Below, one piece after another: positions 26,708-35,619 of a stretch of DNA of 64,000 bases. The stretch comes from an uncultured Eubacteriales bacterium. Its GTDB lineage: Bacteria; Bacillota; Clostridia; Oscillospirales; CAG-272. A program made the translations under genes and the position numbers. Each line of letters starts with the position of its first letter. Position 1 is the first letter of the stretch. The stretch spans positions 3,689 to 67,688 of the forward strand of contig CATYXQ010000003.1 of NCBI GenBank assembly GCA_958414825.1. The letters are read 5' to 3'. The notes below the pieces were generated by a model. That model did no database searches and was not told the DNA's origin. It saw nothing but the letters and a program-made list of their open reading frames with translations.

Positions 26708-29700
26708 TCAGAACATGCCGCGCAGAATCAAAAGCACGTCCTGCTCATTCACTCTGCCGTCCCGGTTCAGATCCGCATGTACAGGGTCAAAGCCGTCCGG
26801 CGTGCTGCCCGCAACATAGCGCAGCGTGCGAAAAATATCGGCAAAGGAAACCTGCCCGTCGCCGGTCACGTCGCCGGGCGCGCGGTTGCTCACATACCGC
26901 ATCTCATCATCCACCCGCTCGGGTCGCGGATTTTCCGCGATTCCGGTATCTGCAAATCCGGAAATGCGTCTGCTAAGCGGCATCGCGTTCATCTGAATCG
27001 TAAACTCGGTATCCACCGGCTTCGGGTCGTCGATATGCGGCATTCCGTCCGACCAGGTCACATTCTGCATGTACATGCGGCGCATGGTATAGGCGGAATA
27101 GTGATAGGTTTTCGCGTGATAGACCGCGATCGTGTCCTTTCCGTCCGGGGAGACGGTCATGACCATCGCCCCCGGCGAATACACGCCGCTGTCATAATCG
27201 ACAAACTGGAAAGCCTCCGGGAACTTTTCCCAGAGCGACGCATCCAGGAGCGAATCCGACTGGGTTCCGTTGAACCGCATCAGTCCGGTACAGTATTCGT
27301 CGGTGCGGGTATGTCCGGCCGCGAAAATCAGCCAGAGCGTGCCGTCCGGTCCGTAGAACGGATACGGCCCCTCCATCAGATTTTTCTCATAATCGTACAT
27401 CGGAGAGGAGAAAACGACCTGCTTTGAAGCCATTGTATAGGGATTGGACATTTCGCAGACGCGCAGGCGCTGGATATGCGTCGGCGCAATGTCCGCCGCC
27501 GTATAAAAGCCGCTGCAGAACATATAGAGCTTGCCGCCATGCTCAATAAGCCGCTGCGAGAGATAGGAATACACGCTCGTATCAAGATTCTTCATGCAGC
27601 CGATCATCGTATAACTGCCGGTCGGATCGTCGGGCTGTCCCTCCCAGACATACGGCAGGCGGTAATTCGCGCCCGTTTCCGCATCCAGGCCGGTCTGCGC
27701 GGCGGCATAGACATACCATCTGCCATCCAAATGATACAGCTGAGGCGCCCAGAGCGCGGTGATTTCCTGTCCCTCCGCCGCGTCGGCCTGCCCCCAGACG
27801 AGCACCGGCTCTACCTTGCCGATGTCGCACAGATTGGCCGCCTTTGCAATCCAGATAGCCGGTTTGGATTTATAATTCTTTGAAAACGTGTAGTAATACC
27901 AGCCGTCGGCAAATACCACAGACGGGTCGGCATAGCCCGCAATCGGATTCTGATAGGTTATCGTACCCTCAAATGTCGCGTCGGTCTTTACCCTTGCGCC
28001 GAGATTCAATCTGCTCTTCGGATTTCCGGCGGCGCCGGTTCCGCGGATTTGGCCAATCCGGCTGAAGTCGCCCTTTTGCAGATCGAGCGTAAAGCTGCCG
28101 TTCAGCGTCGGCGCGCCGCCCTGCGTAAGAAGCACATCCCCGCGCAAAGCGCCGCCAAGCACCACTGCGCAAATGTCGCCCGTTTGAATCACATCCGCGC
28201 CGGGCAAACCGTAAATCGAACAGTCGATCTCGCCGCCCGTAATCAGAAGACTCGAATCGCCGGTGAGGTGATTCTGGCCGCTGATATAGACACCGCCGGT
28301 GATTCTGCCGCCGTCAATGCGGAGATCCGTGCTGCCCGTGAGCTTGAATCCGGCCGGCGTAGCGGAATATGCGCCGCCCGAAACCACGCCCCAGGTACCG
28401 CTTTGAATCACCACTTTCGTGTCGGCCTTGAGGATTTTGCGCAGCGTGTGTGATCCGCCGGCAATCGCCGGATATTTCTCCACGCGCTTGCTTTCAAACA
28501 GGCTGCACTGCATATCCTCGCCGACGGTCAGCGGATTTCCCTCGGCGGAAATGCAGGTGGCGTTCGTCGCTGCAACGACATGCAGCCCGTATAAAACCGT
28601 CTCGCCGGACAGGCGCAGTTCATCCCAGAGTTCAAGATACGCATCCGACAGTCCGCGGTAGTCAATACCCATGTGCATACTGGTGACGGTCGTTTTTTTG
28701 TCGATTTTCGGAAGCGTCAGTCCGCCGCGCAGCGTCAGAGGCCCGCAGATGACGACCGTTTTACCGTCCGAGGCTTCCACGGCCGCTTTGAGGTCGCCCA
28801 AAGGCGAGAGCGGCGAGCTTCCGTCTCCGGTGCCGCCATCGGCAACAAAAACAGCCTCGTTTGGCGCGTACCGCTTTTCCGCCGCGCTGTAGTCCAAAAG
28901 CGCCCTGGAGGAGAGCAGCCCCTCCGCCGCCGTTATGCCGAACACGCCGACCGAGCGGCCGGAAGGCGTTTTGGCCGCCGCGACCCTGCGGCTTTTCACC
29001 GTGCCGCCAAGCAGGGATACGGCGCCGCTGTCTCCGCCGGTGGAAAACGCATAAATGTCGCCGGTGACGGTTCCGGAGCGAACCACGACCGCGGCGTTTC
29101 CGCCCTCGGCCGCGACGATTTCACCGACGGAGCCTCCGTCGATCACCACAAATACCGTCTCACCCGCATTCGCGACGCCGCCCGAAATACCGGCAAATTC
29201 GCCGGATCTCACTGTGATTTTTCTCGTGCCGCCGCCCGATGTGGAAAGCGTAACGCCGCTGCCGCCGGCGACTCCCTCGCCCACCGTCAACGAGCCGGCG
29301 GCCGACAATGCGCCCTGTCCGGCAAGCTTGACCCCGTCAAGCGTCAGCGAACCCGCACAGGAGAGCGCGCCGTCAAGCGTCAGCGTAGCGCCGTAATCGA
29401 CGCCGTTCCAGTTGTCGGTGATGCGCAGAACCTTGCCGTCCGCGGCGGAAAGCGCGGCGCCCGCCGCAGAAATATCGCCGCAGAGCACAACGACGCCGTT
29501 TTCGGCGGAAAGCGTCTTTTTCGCCGTGGCGGGCGACAGGCCGTCGGCCGCGTCGTCTCCGTCCCCTCGGACAAATACGACCGGATCAAAGCCGAGCACG
29601 CGCAGTCCCTGCTCATAGTAGGTATAGTCAATGTTCGGAATCGCGTTGCCGCGCACACACGCCGCGTCAAAGCCCTCAAAGCCCCTGGAAAACTCGCCGC

Positions 29701-30646
29701 CGGTCACCGTCAGGTAAAAATCGCCGTCAATCCAGGAAGCAACCTTGTCCTGCACGGCGCCGACCCGGCTGGCGCCCGAGAACGTACCGCCGGTGATTGT
29801 GATACGGAGGTTGCCGTTTCCGTAGTAGTTGTTGGAGACGGTCGAGTTGTACCCCGGACGGCCGACGCCGACCACGGCGCACTTGAAATCGCCGCCGTTT
29901 ATACGAATCTCGGCGTCGCCGTCGAGCGCGTCAAAGCCGGTTGCGGCAATCACGCCGTTTTTCGTTGCGTCGGTGGTTCTCGACGTGAACGTGCCGCCGT
30001 TGATTTCAATGGTCACGCCGCCTATAGTTCCGACCGGCTGGGTTTCATCGTCGCGCATACTGCCGCCCCGGACATAGTTCCAGGTGCCGCTGTCAATGCG
30101 GATGGTATAGTCGTAATAGGTCATGCTCTCAGCCGTAACGCCGACCCGTCCGCCATAGGTGCCGCCCCAAATGGCAGGAGCGGAGGACAGGTAGGAGCAG
30201 GTCAGTCCCGCTCCGAACGTCACGCTGTTGCCCTGGCAGTAGATCACAGGTCCGCTGCTGTGAAAATTCAGCGTCAGATTTTCAAAAACAAGCTCGGATT
30301 TCAAATACACGTTGCCCGAAAAAATGATACCGGCCTTATTTTGCCTGACATAGTCCACGCCGCCGTACACGCCGGTTATCGTGGTCTTTCCCGCTGTGGC
30401 GCTGAGTTCCACGTCCGACCCGACAGTCAAGGGGCCGCAGACAACAATTGTACCGCCCTCCTTGCCGAGACGGATCAGCGCCACATTCAGCGATTTGAGC
30501 GCCTCCGCCGCGCTGGCGCCGGTATTTTTGTCGTTGCCGTTATCGCATACATAGAGAACCTGCTCCGCCGCCGCAGGCGTCAGCGCGCAGGTACAGAAAC
30601 CAAGAACGGATAAAAGGAGAAATGCGCCGATTCTTTTAAAATTCAT
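26708..30646 (-). CDS. Giant secreted protein: 3 beta-helix-like modules + GH43 domain + C-terminal type I dockerin
   Basis: Start set at MNFKRIGAFLLLSVLGF (signal peptide; track ORF extends to 30802). Three internal modules, each opening with a VxVxDGGxGDGSS...GGTIVVCG-type segment. GH43 signatures (YQNPIAGYADPSVVFADGWYYYTF, ALWAPQLYHLDGRWYVY, MEGPYPFYGPDGTLWLIF). Dockerin duplicated Ca-loops DVTGDGQVS / DLNRDGRVN at the C-terminus. Confidence 0.7.
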   Translation of the reverse strand: MNFKRIGAFLLLSVLGFCTCALTPAAAEQVLYVCDNGNDKNTGASAAEALKSLNVALIRLGKEGGTIVVCGPLTVGSDVELSATAGKTTITGVYGGVDYVRQNKAGIIFSGNVYLKSELVFENLTLNFHSSGPVIYCQGNSVTFGAGLTCSYLSSAPAIWGGTYGGRVGVTAESMTYYDYTIRIDSGTWNYVRGGSMRDDETQPVGTIGGVTIEINGGTFTSRTTDATKNGVIAATGFDALDGDAEIRINGGDFKCAVVGVGRPGYNSTVSNNYYGNGNLRITITGGTFSGASRVGAVQDKVASWIDGDFYLTVTGGEFSRGFEGFDAACVRGNAIPNIDYTYYEQGLRVLGFDPVVFVRGDGDDAADGLSPATAKKTLSAENGVVVLCGDISAAGAALSAADGKVLRITDNWNGVDYGATLTLDGALSCAGSLTLDGVKLAGQGALSAAGSLTVGEGVAGGSGVTLSTSGGGTRKITVRSGEFAGISGGVANAGETVFVVIDGGSVGEIVAAEGGNAAVVVRSGTVTGDIYAFSTGGDSGAVSLLGGTVKSRRVAAAKTPSGRSVGVFGITAAEGLLSSRALLDYSAAEKRYAPNEAVFVADGGTGDGSSPLSPLGDLKAAVEASDGKTVVICGPLTLRGGLTLPKIDKKTTVTSMHMGIDYRGLSDAYLELWDELRLSGETVLYGLHVVAATNATCISAEGNPLTVGEDMQCSLFESKRVEKYPAIAGGSHTLRKILKADTKVVIQSGTWGVVSGGAYSATPAGFKLTGSTDLRIDGGRITGGVYISGQNHLTGDSSLLITGGEIDCSIYGLPGADVIQTGDICAVVLGGALRGDVLLTQGGAPTLNGSFTLDLQKGDFSRIGQIRGTGAAGNPKSRLNLGARVKTDATFEGTITYQNPIAGYADPSVVFADGWYYYTFSKNYKSKPAIWIAKAANLCDIGKVEPVLVWGQADAAEGQEITALWAPQLYHLDGRWYVYAAAQTGLDAETGANYRLPYVWEGQPDDPTGSYTMIGCMKNLDTSVYSYLSQRLIEHGGKLYMFCSGFYTAADIAPTHIQRLRVCEMSNPYTMASKQVVFSSPMYDYEKNLMEGPYPFYGPDGTLWLIFAAGHTRTDEYCTGLMRFNGTQSDSLLDASLWEKFPEAFQFVDYDSGVYSPGAMVMTVSPDGKDTIAVYHAKTYHYSAYTMRRMYMQNVTWSDGMPHIDDPKPVDTEFTIQMNAMPLSRRISGFADTGIAENPRPERVDDEMRYVSNRAPGDVTGDGQVSFADIFRTLRYVAGSTPDGFDPVHADLNRDGRVNEQDVLLILRGMF

Positions 30647-30817
30647 AGCTCTATCCTTTCCAAAATCCCGCCAAACGCCGAACCGGCGTTTGGCGGACAA
30701 AAAGAATCTTTTTTCAGTCAAGCGAAAAGTGCATTTTCGGCGTGCCTGGCCGAATCGGTCTGCCGCCGAAACCGCCGGACAAACACCGACGCCCGCGAAC
30801 AAAGGGGCTTACATTAT

Positions 30818-30934
30818 TTTCAATAAGGGGCTTTGCCCCGTCATTCAACGTTTTCAGCGGGAGCTTGTACGCCCGCTGAAAAAATGAAGTGAACCCACCG
30901 CCTTTGAGGCGGGGGACATCTTCATTTCGTTATA
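30818..30934 (-). repeat. Copy C of ~117-nt three-hairpin repeat family
   Basis: About 8 differences from copy B by eye. Its first 12 nt (ATA ACG AAA TGA) are the last three sense codons and the stop of CDS 30922-35247. It lies about 170 nt upstream of the start of CDS 26708-30646. Confidence 0.8.
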
Positions 30935-33900
30935 CGTTTGTCCGCCGCAGCAATGCGGGTGAAAATGACACAGGCTTCACTGCGGATAATCTCATCGTCC
31001 GGACGGTAATTTCCCGTTCCCGAATCGCCGCCGACAATGCCCGCCTGATAAAGCTTTGTAACCGCCGCATAGCAATCCGTATTTTCGCCGACGTCCGGGC
31101 AGACGCCCGTGCGAACCGCCGCATACTCGCGCTCCGGCAGAATGGCCGCGAAAACGACCGCCATTTCGCCGCGCGTGATGTTTTGATTATAATCCGCAAA
31201 CTGCGACGCGGTAATAATGCCCTTTTCCACACAGTAACTGACATAGGGCGCGTACCACGCTTCCCCCGCCGCCGCTGCCGGTACGCTTCCGCCAAAGTAA
31301 GCGGTGTGGATATTGGCGGCCGCCGTCAGCGCCTGCGCCACCGTAAACTTGCTGTCCGGCGAGAACGCCGTGCCGCTCGTGCCGTTTGCCAGCGCGTATT
31401 CATACGCAAGCGTCACATACGGATAGAACCATTTATCCGCCGTTACGTCGGCAAACTGATTTTCATAAGTGCGCACAGGCTTAAACGGGCTGACCGCGGG
31501 CAGTTTTCCGGTTGTGTCAAAGCCGTTTATACGCTGTGAAACCGGCATCGGATTCATCGCGACGCTATGCACCGTATCGACCGGCTGCGGATCGTCGATA
31601 TGCGGGAAGCCGTTTTCGTCAAATGTGATCGGCTGCATATGCATACGGCGCATGGTAAACGCCGAATAGTGGTATTCTTTAGCGTGGTATACGCCGAAAT
31701 ATTCGCCGTCGGGCGCCCTTGTCACGACCATTGCGCCGGGCGAATAGACCAGATTGTCATAATCGGTAAACTGAAGCGGCTCGGAAAATTTCTCCCAGAG
31801 CGAGGATTTGAGCAGCGAGTCCTTTTCGCCGCCGTTGAAGCGGATGATACCGGTGCAGTACTCGTCGGTGCGCGTATGGCCGGCCGCGAAAATCATATAG
31901 AGCGTACCGTCCGGCCCGTAGAACGGGAACGGCCCCTCCATCAGATTCTTTTCGTAATCGTAAATCGGATCGGAAATCACCTGCATCGGCGTAGCCATCG
32001 TCAGCGGGTCGGAAAGCTCGCACATAAACAGCCGCTGCAGATGCTGATTAATCATGTCCTCAGGGCGGAAGCATCCGCTGCAGACCATGTACAGCTTGCC
32101 GCCGTGCTCAATAAGCCGCGGGGAAAGATAGGAGGTCACTGCCGTGTCGAGTCCCCGGAACGTCCCCATGTAGGTATAGCCGCCGATGGGATCCTGCGTT
32201 TTGGCTTTCCAGATCTGCGGAATGCGCACGTCATAGTTGCTGGTGCCGAGCGCCTCTTTGACGCCGCAGGTCGTATAGACATACCAGTCGCCGTCAAGGT
32301 AATACAGCTGCGGCGCCCAGACGCTGGTGATCTCCTGGCCGTCGTTCGACTCCGCCTGTCCCCAGACAAGCACCGGTTCGACCTTGCCAATATCGCACAG
32401 ATTGGCCGCTTTGGCCATCCAGACGGCCGGTTTGGATTTGTAATCCTTTGCAAAAGTGTAATAATACCATCCGTCCGCGTACACAATGGACGGATCGGCA
32501 AAGCCCGCTATCGGGTTTTGATATTCGATCCTGCCCGAAAGCGCTCTGGTCAGATCGACGCCCTCGGCGATATGAACGGCGGAAGAACCGCCGCCCGCAA
32601 GACCGTCGGTACCGAGAATTGAGCTTGCGCGGCTGACGTCTGAACCGGCGATGTTCAGCGTATAGACGCCGCTGAAGGTCGGCGTTTTGTCCTGCGCCGC
32701 GCGGATGTCGCCCTCAAATGCGCTGCCCGCGGCATTGACCGTGATGTTGCCGGTATAGGAAAGCGCCTCGCCCGCCATGCCGAAGACCGAGCAGGCAAAG
32801 ACGCCGCCCTCGGCATTCAGCACCGCGTTTCCGGTCAGGTTGTTGATACCGCCGACAATGCAGTCGTCGGTAAAGACGCCGCCGCGAACCGTCAGCGTAA
32901 TATCTCCGGTCAGGCGGCGGGAGGCTGAAGCGTCCGGCTTCGTGCTAAACTGGCCGCCGCAAAGACTGCCCCATGTGCCGCTGCAGACAAGAATCTCCGG
33001 ATTCTTTTTGAGGCTCGGCGCATTCACCGCCGACCCGGCAACAAGATCGGGATAGTCCTCGGTACGGTTGTCATAAAAAATTTCGCACCGGACGCCCTCG
33101 CCGACCGTTAAGCGGTTGCCCTCGGCGGAGATATAGGTATCGTTTGCCGCCGCGACGATTCTAATATCACGGATCTCGGTCTCGTCCGCAAGCGACAGGT
33201 ATTTCCAAAGCTCAATCTGCGCGTCGTCCAGCACAGCATAGTCAAGGCCGCCGTAGAAAGAAGTGATCGTTACCTTGCCGCCTGTGTAGCGAAGCGTTTT
33301 TCCGTTTTGCGGCGCCACCTTGCCGCAAACGACGATGGTACCGCCGCCGCTGAGCTTCGCCGAAGCCTCGGTGACGTCGCCCATAGCATTGAGCGGCGAA
33401 GAGCCGTCGCCGTCTCCCCCGTCGCGGACAAAGACGACCGCGCCGTTTTCATAGAGCGACTGCGCGCCGCTCTCCGTAATCGAAGCCGTAACCGACGCGC
33501 CCCGGTTTTGCAGACTGTATTTCGCGACCGTGCCCGACTTAGAGGGCGCGACGGTTCCCGCTACAGTGCCGCCGAGCAGTTCTACGCCGCCGCTCGCAGG
33601 CGTGCCCGCCTCGGCTGCGTAGACCCCGTTTGTCACGTTTCCGCCGCGCACCGACGCCATGCAGCCGCCGCGCGTACCGGCGCCGCCGCCGTAAATCGTG
33701 CCGACGCTGCCGCCCTCAAACAGTACAAATGTGGACGCGCCGCTATCGGTCACGCCGCCGCCGCGAATTTCCGAAAAGCTGCCCGAACGCACGATAACGC
33801 CGTGCGTCCCGCTGCCCGCGCCGCCGTCAAGCGACACGGCGCCCGTGCAGATGAGATTCTGCCCGGCAAGCAGATCATGCCCCGCGGCGTTAAAGCCGCC

Positions 33901-35247
33901 GTTTCCGGCAATTGTCATCCCCTCAAGGCGCGTCTCGCCGCCGAGCGTGAGCGTGCCGTCAAGGATCAGCTTTGCTCCCTCCGCGCGGTAATCCTTTCCC
34001 GCCCACGCGCTGGTGATGCGGAGCGTTTTGGAATAGGCCGCTAACGTTTCGCCGCCGACCGGCGTATCGCCGCAGACGACGATCACGCCGCCCTCGCCAT
34101 AGAGCGCCGCTGCCGCCGCGGAAAGCGTTTTCTTCGGCATATCCGCCGTTTTTCCGCTTGCCGCGTCATTGCCGCTACCGCTGACAAAAACAGTTCTCGC
34201 AAAGCCGGTCATCGGCTGGCTGATCGTCGGCGCGATGTCGGCAAACGCGGTTCCGCGCACGCACTGCGCGTCAAACCCGCCGAACGAAGCCGGAAAGTAT
34301 CCGCCGCTGACCGTCAGATAAAAGTCGCCGCCGACATAGCTCGCCACGGTGTCATGCACCGCGCCGATTTTGGCGCCGGCGCGGAAATTGCCGCCGTTCA
34401 CCGTGATATGTACGTCTCCCTTGACGTAGGCGTTGTTGGAGACGGTAGAATTATAGCCCGGGCGGCCGACGCCCATGACCGAGCAGTTAATCGTACCGCC
34501 GTTGATGATGATGTGGGCGTCCCCGTAGAGCGCATCAAAGCCCGACACGGCAATGATACCGTTTTTGTCCGGCGCCGTCGAGGTTGAGGTAAAGGTTCCG
34601 CCGTTAATGAGGATGGTAACGTCGCCTATGGTTCCGACCGGCTGCGTCTCGTCCGTGCGGAGACTGCCGCCGCGGACATACCAAAAGGTTCCGCTGTCGA
34701 TCTGGATCGTATAGTCAAAGAAGTCCGCCATATGCGCGACCGTCAGTTTTGCACAGTCGGTTCCGCCCCAAATAGCCATCGGATTTTGCGCGTACTGGCA
34801 GGTAACGCCGCCGCCCATAGTCAAATCGTTGCCGCAACAAAAGATGTTGACGCCGTTTCCGGAGGTCAGTTTGATATTTTCAAACCGGGTCGGCCCGCCG
34901 AGAAACACACTGGTCTGAATGGAAAGACGCGCGCCTTTTGCGCCATAGTCCACACCGTCCCAGGTACTGGTAAAGGTGATGAGACTGTCGCGCTTCGGGA
35001 ACGTGGCCAGTGCTGTGGAGTTGAGCGTCGTCGCGCCGCAGACGACAACGGTTCCGCCGTCCGCGCCCAGTTTTTGAAAGGCCTGCGCAAGCGTTTTTAC
35101 CGGCTCGGCGTCCGAAAGACCGGAATTTTTTGGGTCTCCGGAATCACTGACAAAAACATACTTCTGCTCTGCCGCCGAAGAAAGAGAAAGCGCGGCGAAC
35201 AGCAGAGCGGCGCAGAACAGAAGAAGGAAAATGCGTTTCAGTTTCAT
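30922..35247 (-). CDS. Giant S-layer-anchored protein: 3 beta-helix-like modules + GH43 domain + C-terminal SLH repeats (tandem paralogue of 26708-30646)
   Basis: 1441 aa. Signal peptide MKLKRIFLLLFCAALLFAALSLSSAA. Same module order as the downstream paralogue. The GH43 region is near-identical in places (KSKPAVWMAKAANLCDIGKVEPVLVWGQA). Three C-terminal SLH repeats (FADVTADKWFYPYV..., EAWYAPYVSYCVEKG..., CYAAVTKLYQAGIVGG...). Confidence 0.7.
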   Translation of the reverse strand: MKLKRIFLLLFCAALLFAALSLSSAAEQKYVFVSDSGDPKNSGLSDAEPVKTLAQAFQKLGADGGTVVVCGATTLNSTALATFPKRDSLITFTSTWDGVDYGAKGARLSIQTSVFLGGPTRFENIKLTSGNGVNIFCCGNDLTMGGGVTCQYAQNPMAIWGGTDCAKLTVAHMADFFDYTIQIDSGTFWYVRGGSLRTDETQPVGTIGDVTILINGGTFTSTSTAPDKNGIIAVSGFDALYGDAHIIINGGTINCSVMGVGRPGYNSTVSNNAYVKGDVHITVNGGNFRAGAKIGAVHDTVASYVGGDFYLTVSGGYFPASFGGFDAQCVRGTAFADIAPTISQPMTGFARTVFVSGSGNDAASGKTADMPKKTLSAAAAALYGEGGVIVVCGDTPVGGETLAAYSKTLRITSAWAGKDYRAEGAKLILDGTLTLGGETRLEGMTIAGNGGFNAAGHDLLAGQNLICTGAVSLDGGAGSGTHGVIVRSGSFSEIRGGGVTDSGASTFVLFEGGSVGTIYGGGAGTRGGCMASVRGGNVTNGVYAAEAGTPASGGVELLGGTVAGTVAPSKSGTVAKYSLQNRGASVTASITESGAQSLYENGAVVFVRDGGDGDGSSPLNAMGDVTEASAKLSGGGTIVVCGKVAPQNGKTLRYTGGKVTITSFYGGLDYAVLDDAQIELWKYLSLADETEIRDIRIVAAANDTYISAEGNRLTVGEGVRCEIFYDNRTEDYPDLVAGSAVNAPSLKKNPEILVCSGTWGSLCGGQFSTKPDASASRRLTGDITLTVRGGVFTDDCIVGGINNLTGNAVLNAEGGVFACSVFGMAGEALSYTGNITVNAAGSAFEGDIRAAQDKTPTFSGVYTLNIAGSDVSRASSILGTDGLAGGGSSAVHIAEGVDLTRALSGRIEYQNPIAGFADPSIVYADGWYYYTFAKDYKSKPAVWMAKAANLCDIGKVEPVLVWGQAESNDGQEITSVWAPQLYYLDGDWYVYTTCGVKEALGTSNYDVRIPQIWKAKTQDPIGGYTYMGTFRGLDTAVTSYLSPRLIEHGGKLYMVCSGCFRPEDMINQHLQRLFMCELSDPLTMATPMQVISDPIYDYEKNLMEGPFPFYGPDGTLYMIFAAGHTRTDEYCTGIIRFNGGEKDSLLKSSLWEKFSEPLQFTDYDNLVYSPGAMVVTRAPDGEYFGVYHAKEYHYSAFTMRRMHMQPITFDENGFPHIDDPQPVDTVHSVAMNPMPVSQRINGFDTTGKLPAVSPFKPVRTYENQFADVTADKWFYPYVTLAYEYALANGTSGTAFSPDSKFTVAQALTAAANIHTAYFGGSVPAAAAGEAWYAPYVSYCVEKGIITASQFADYNQNITRGEMAVVFAAILPEREYAAVRTGVCPDVGENTDCYAAVTKLYQAGIVGGDSGTGNYRPDDEIIRSEACVIFTRIAAADKRITK

Positions 35248-35619
35248 TTAGGGGAATCCTTTCCTTTCGGTTACAAACGGCGCGGTCAAAACCGTCCAGC
35301 CTATCAAAATCATGCGTGTGCGGCAAAGCACAAAGCAGCCCGGCCCTGTTCCCGCATAACCAAAGTCCCATAGTCGGCCGCAGGGAAATCACAACACATA
35401 TTGACAGCGTGGGGCAGTTCTTCAAAACCGCGCCGTTTTTCAAAAAATTTTTCAGTATTGCATCGTACCGGCGGCGTATTTGCGCCGGGATCGCGTTTGC
35501 ATCGGTATGGTTTTGCGCCAATGCCGCATTGCGTCAGCATCGCGCCTGTACCAATGCCATTTCAGCGGTTTTTGCGCCGAAAATCATGTTCCGAATGCGG
35601 AAAATCTACGCTTCCGGAT

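Noticed and set aside
28673-30613. 646-aa plus-strand ORF, with other long ORFs at 27476-27883 and 28049-28453
   Set aside because: It lies entirely antisense to the well-supported 26708-30646 gene. Its composition is R/A/G-rich and low in complexity, and it has no RBS or domain signature. This is the typical antisense open frame of high-GC DNA.
30647-30802. 52-aa N-terminal extension of the dockerin protein ORF
   Set aside because: The internal ATG at 30646 starts a canonical signal peptide, and the extension overlaps the leader hairpin region.
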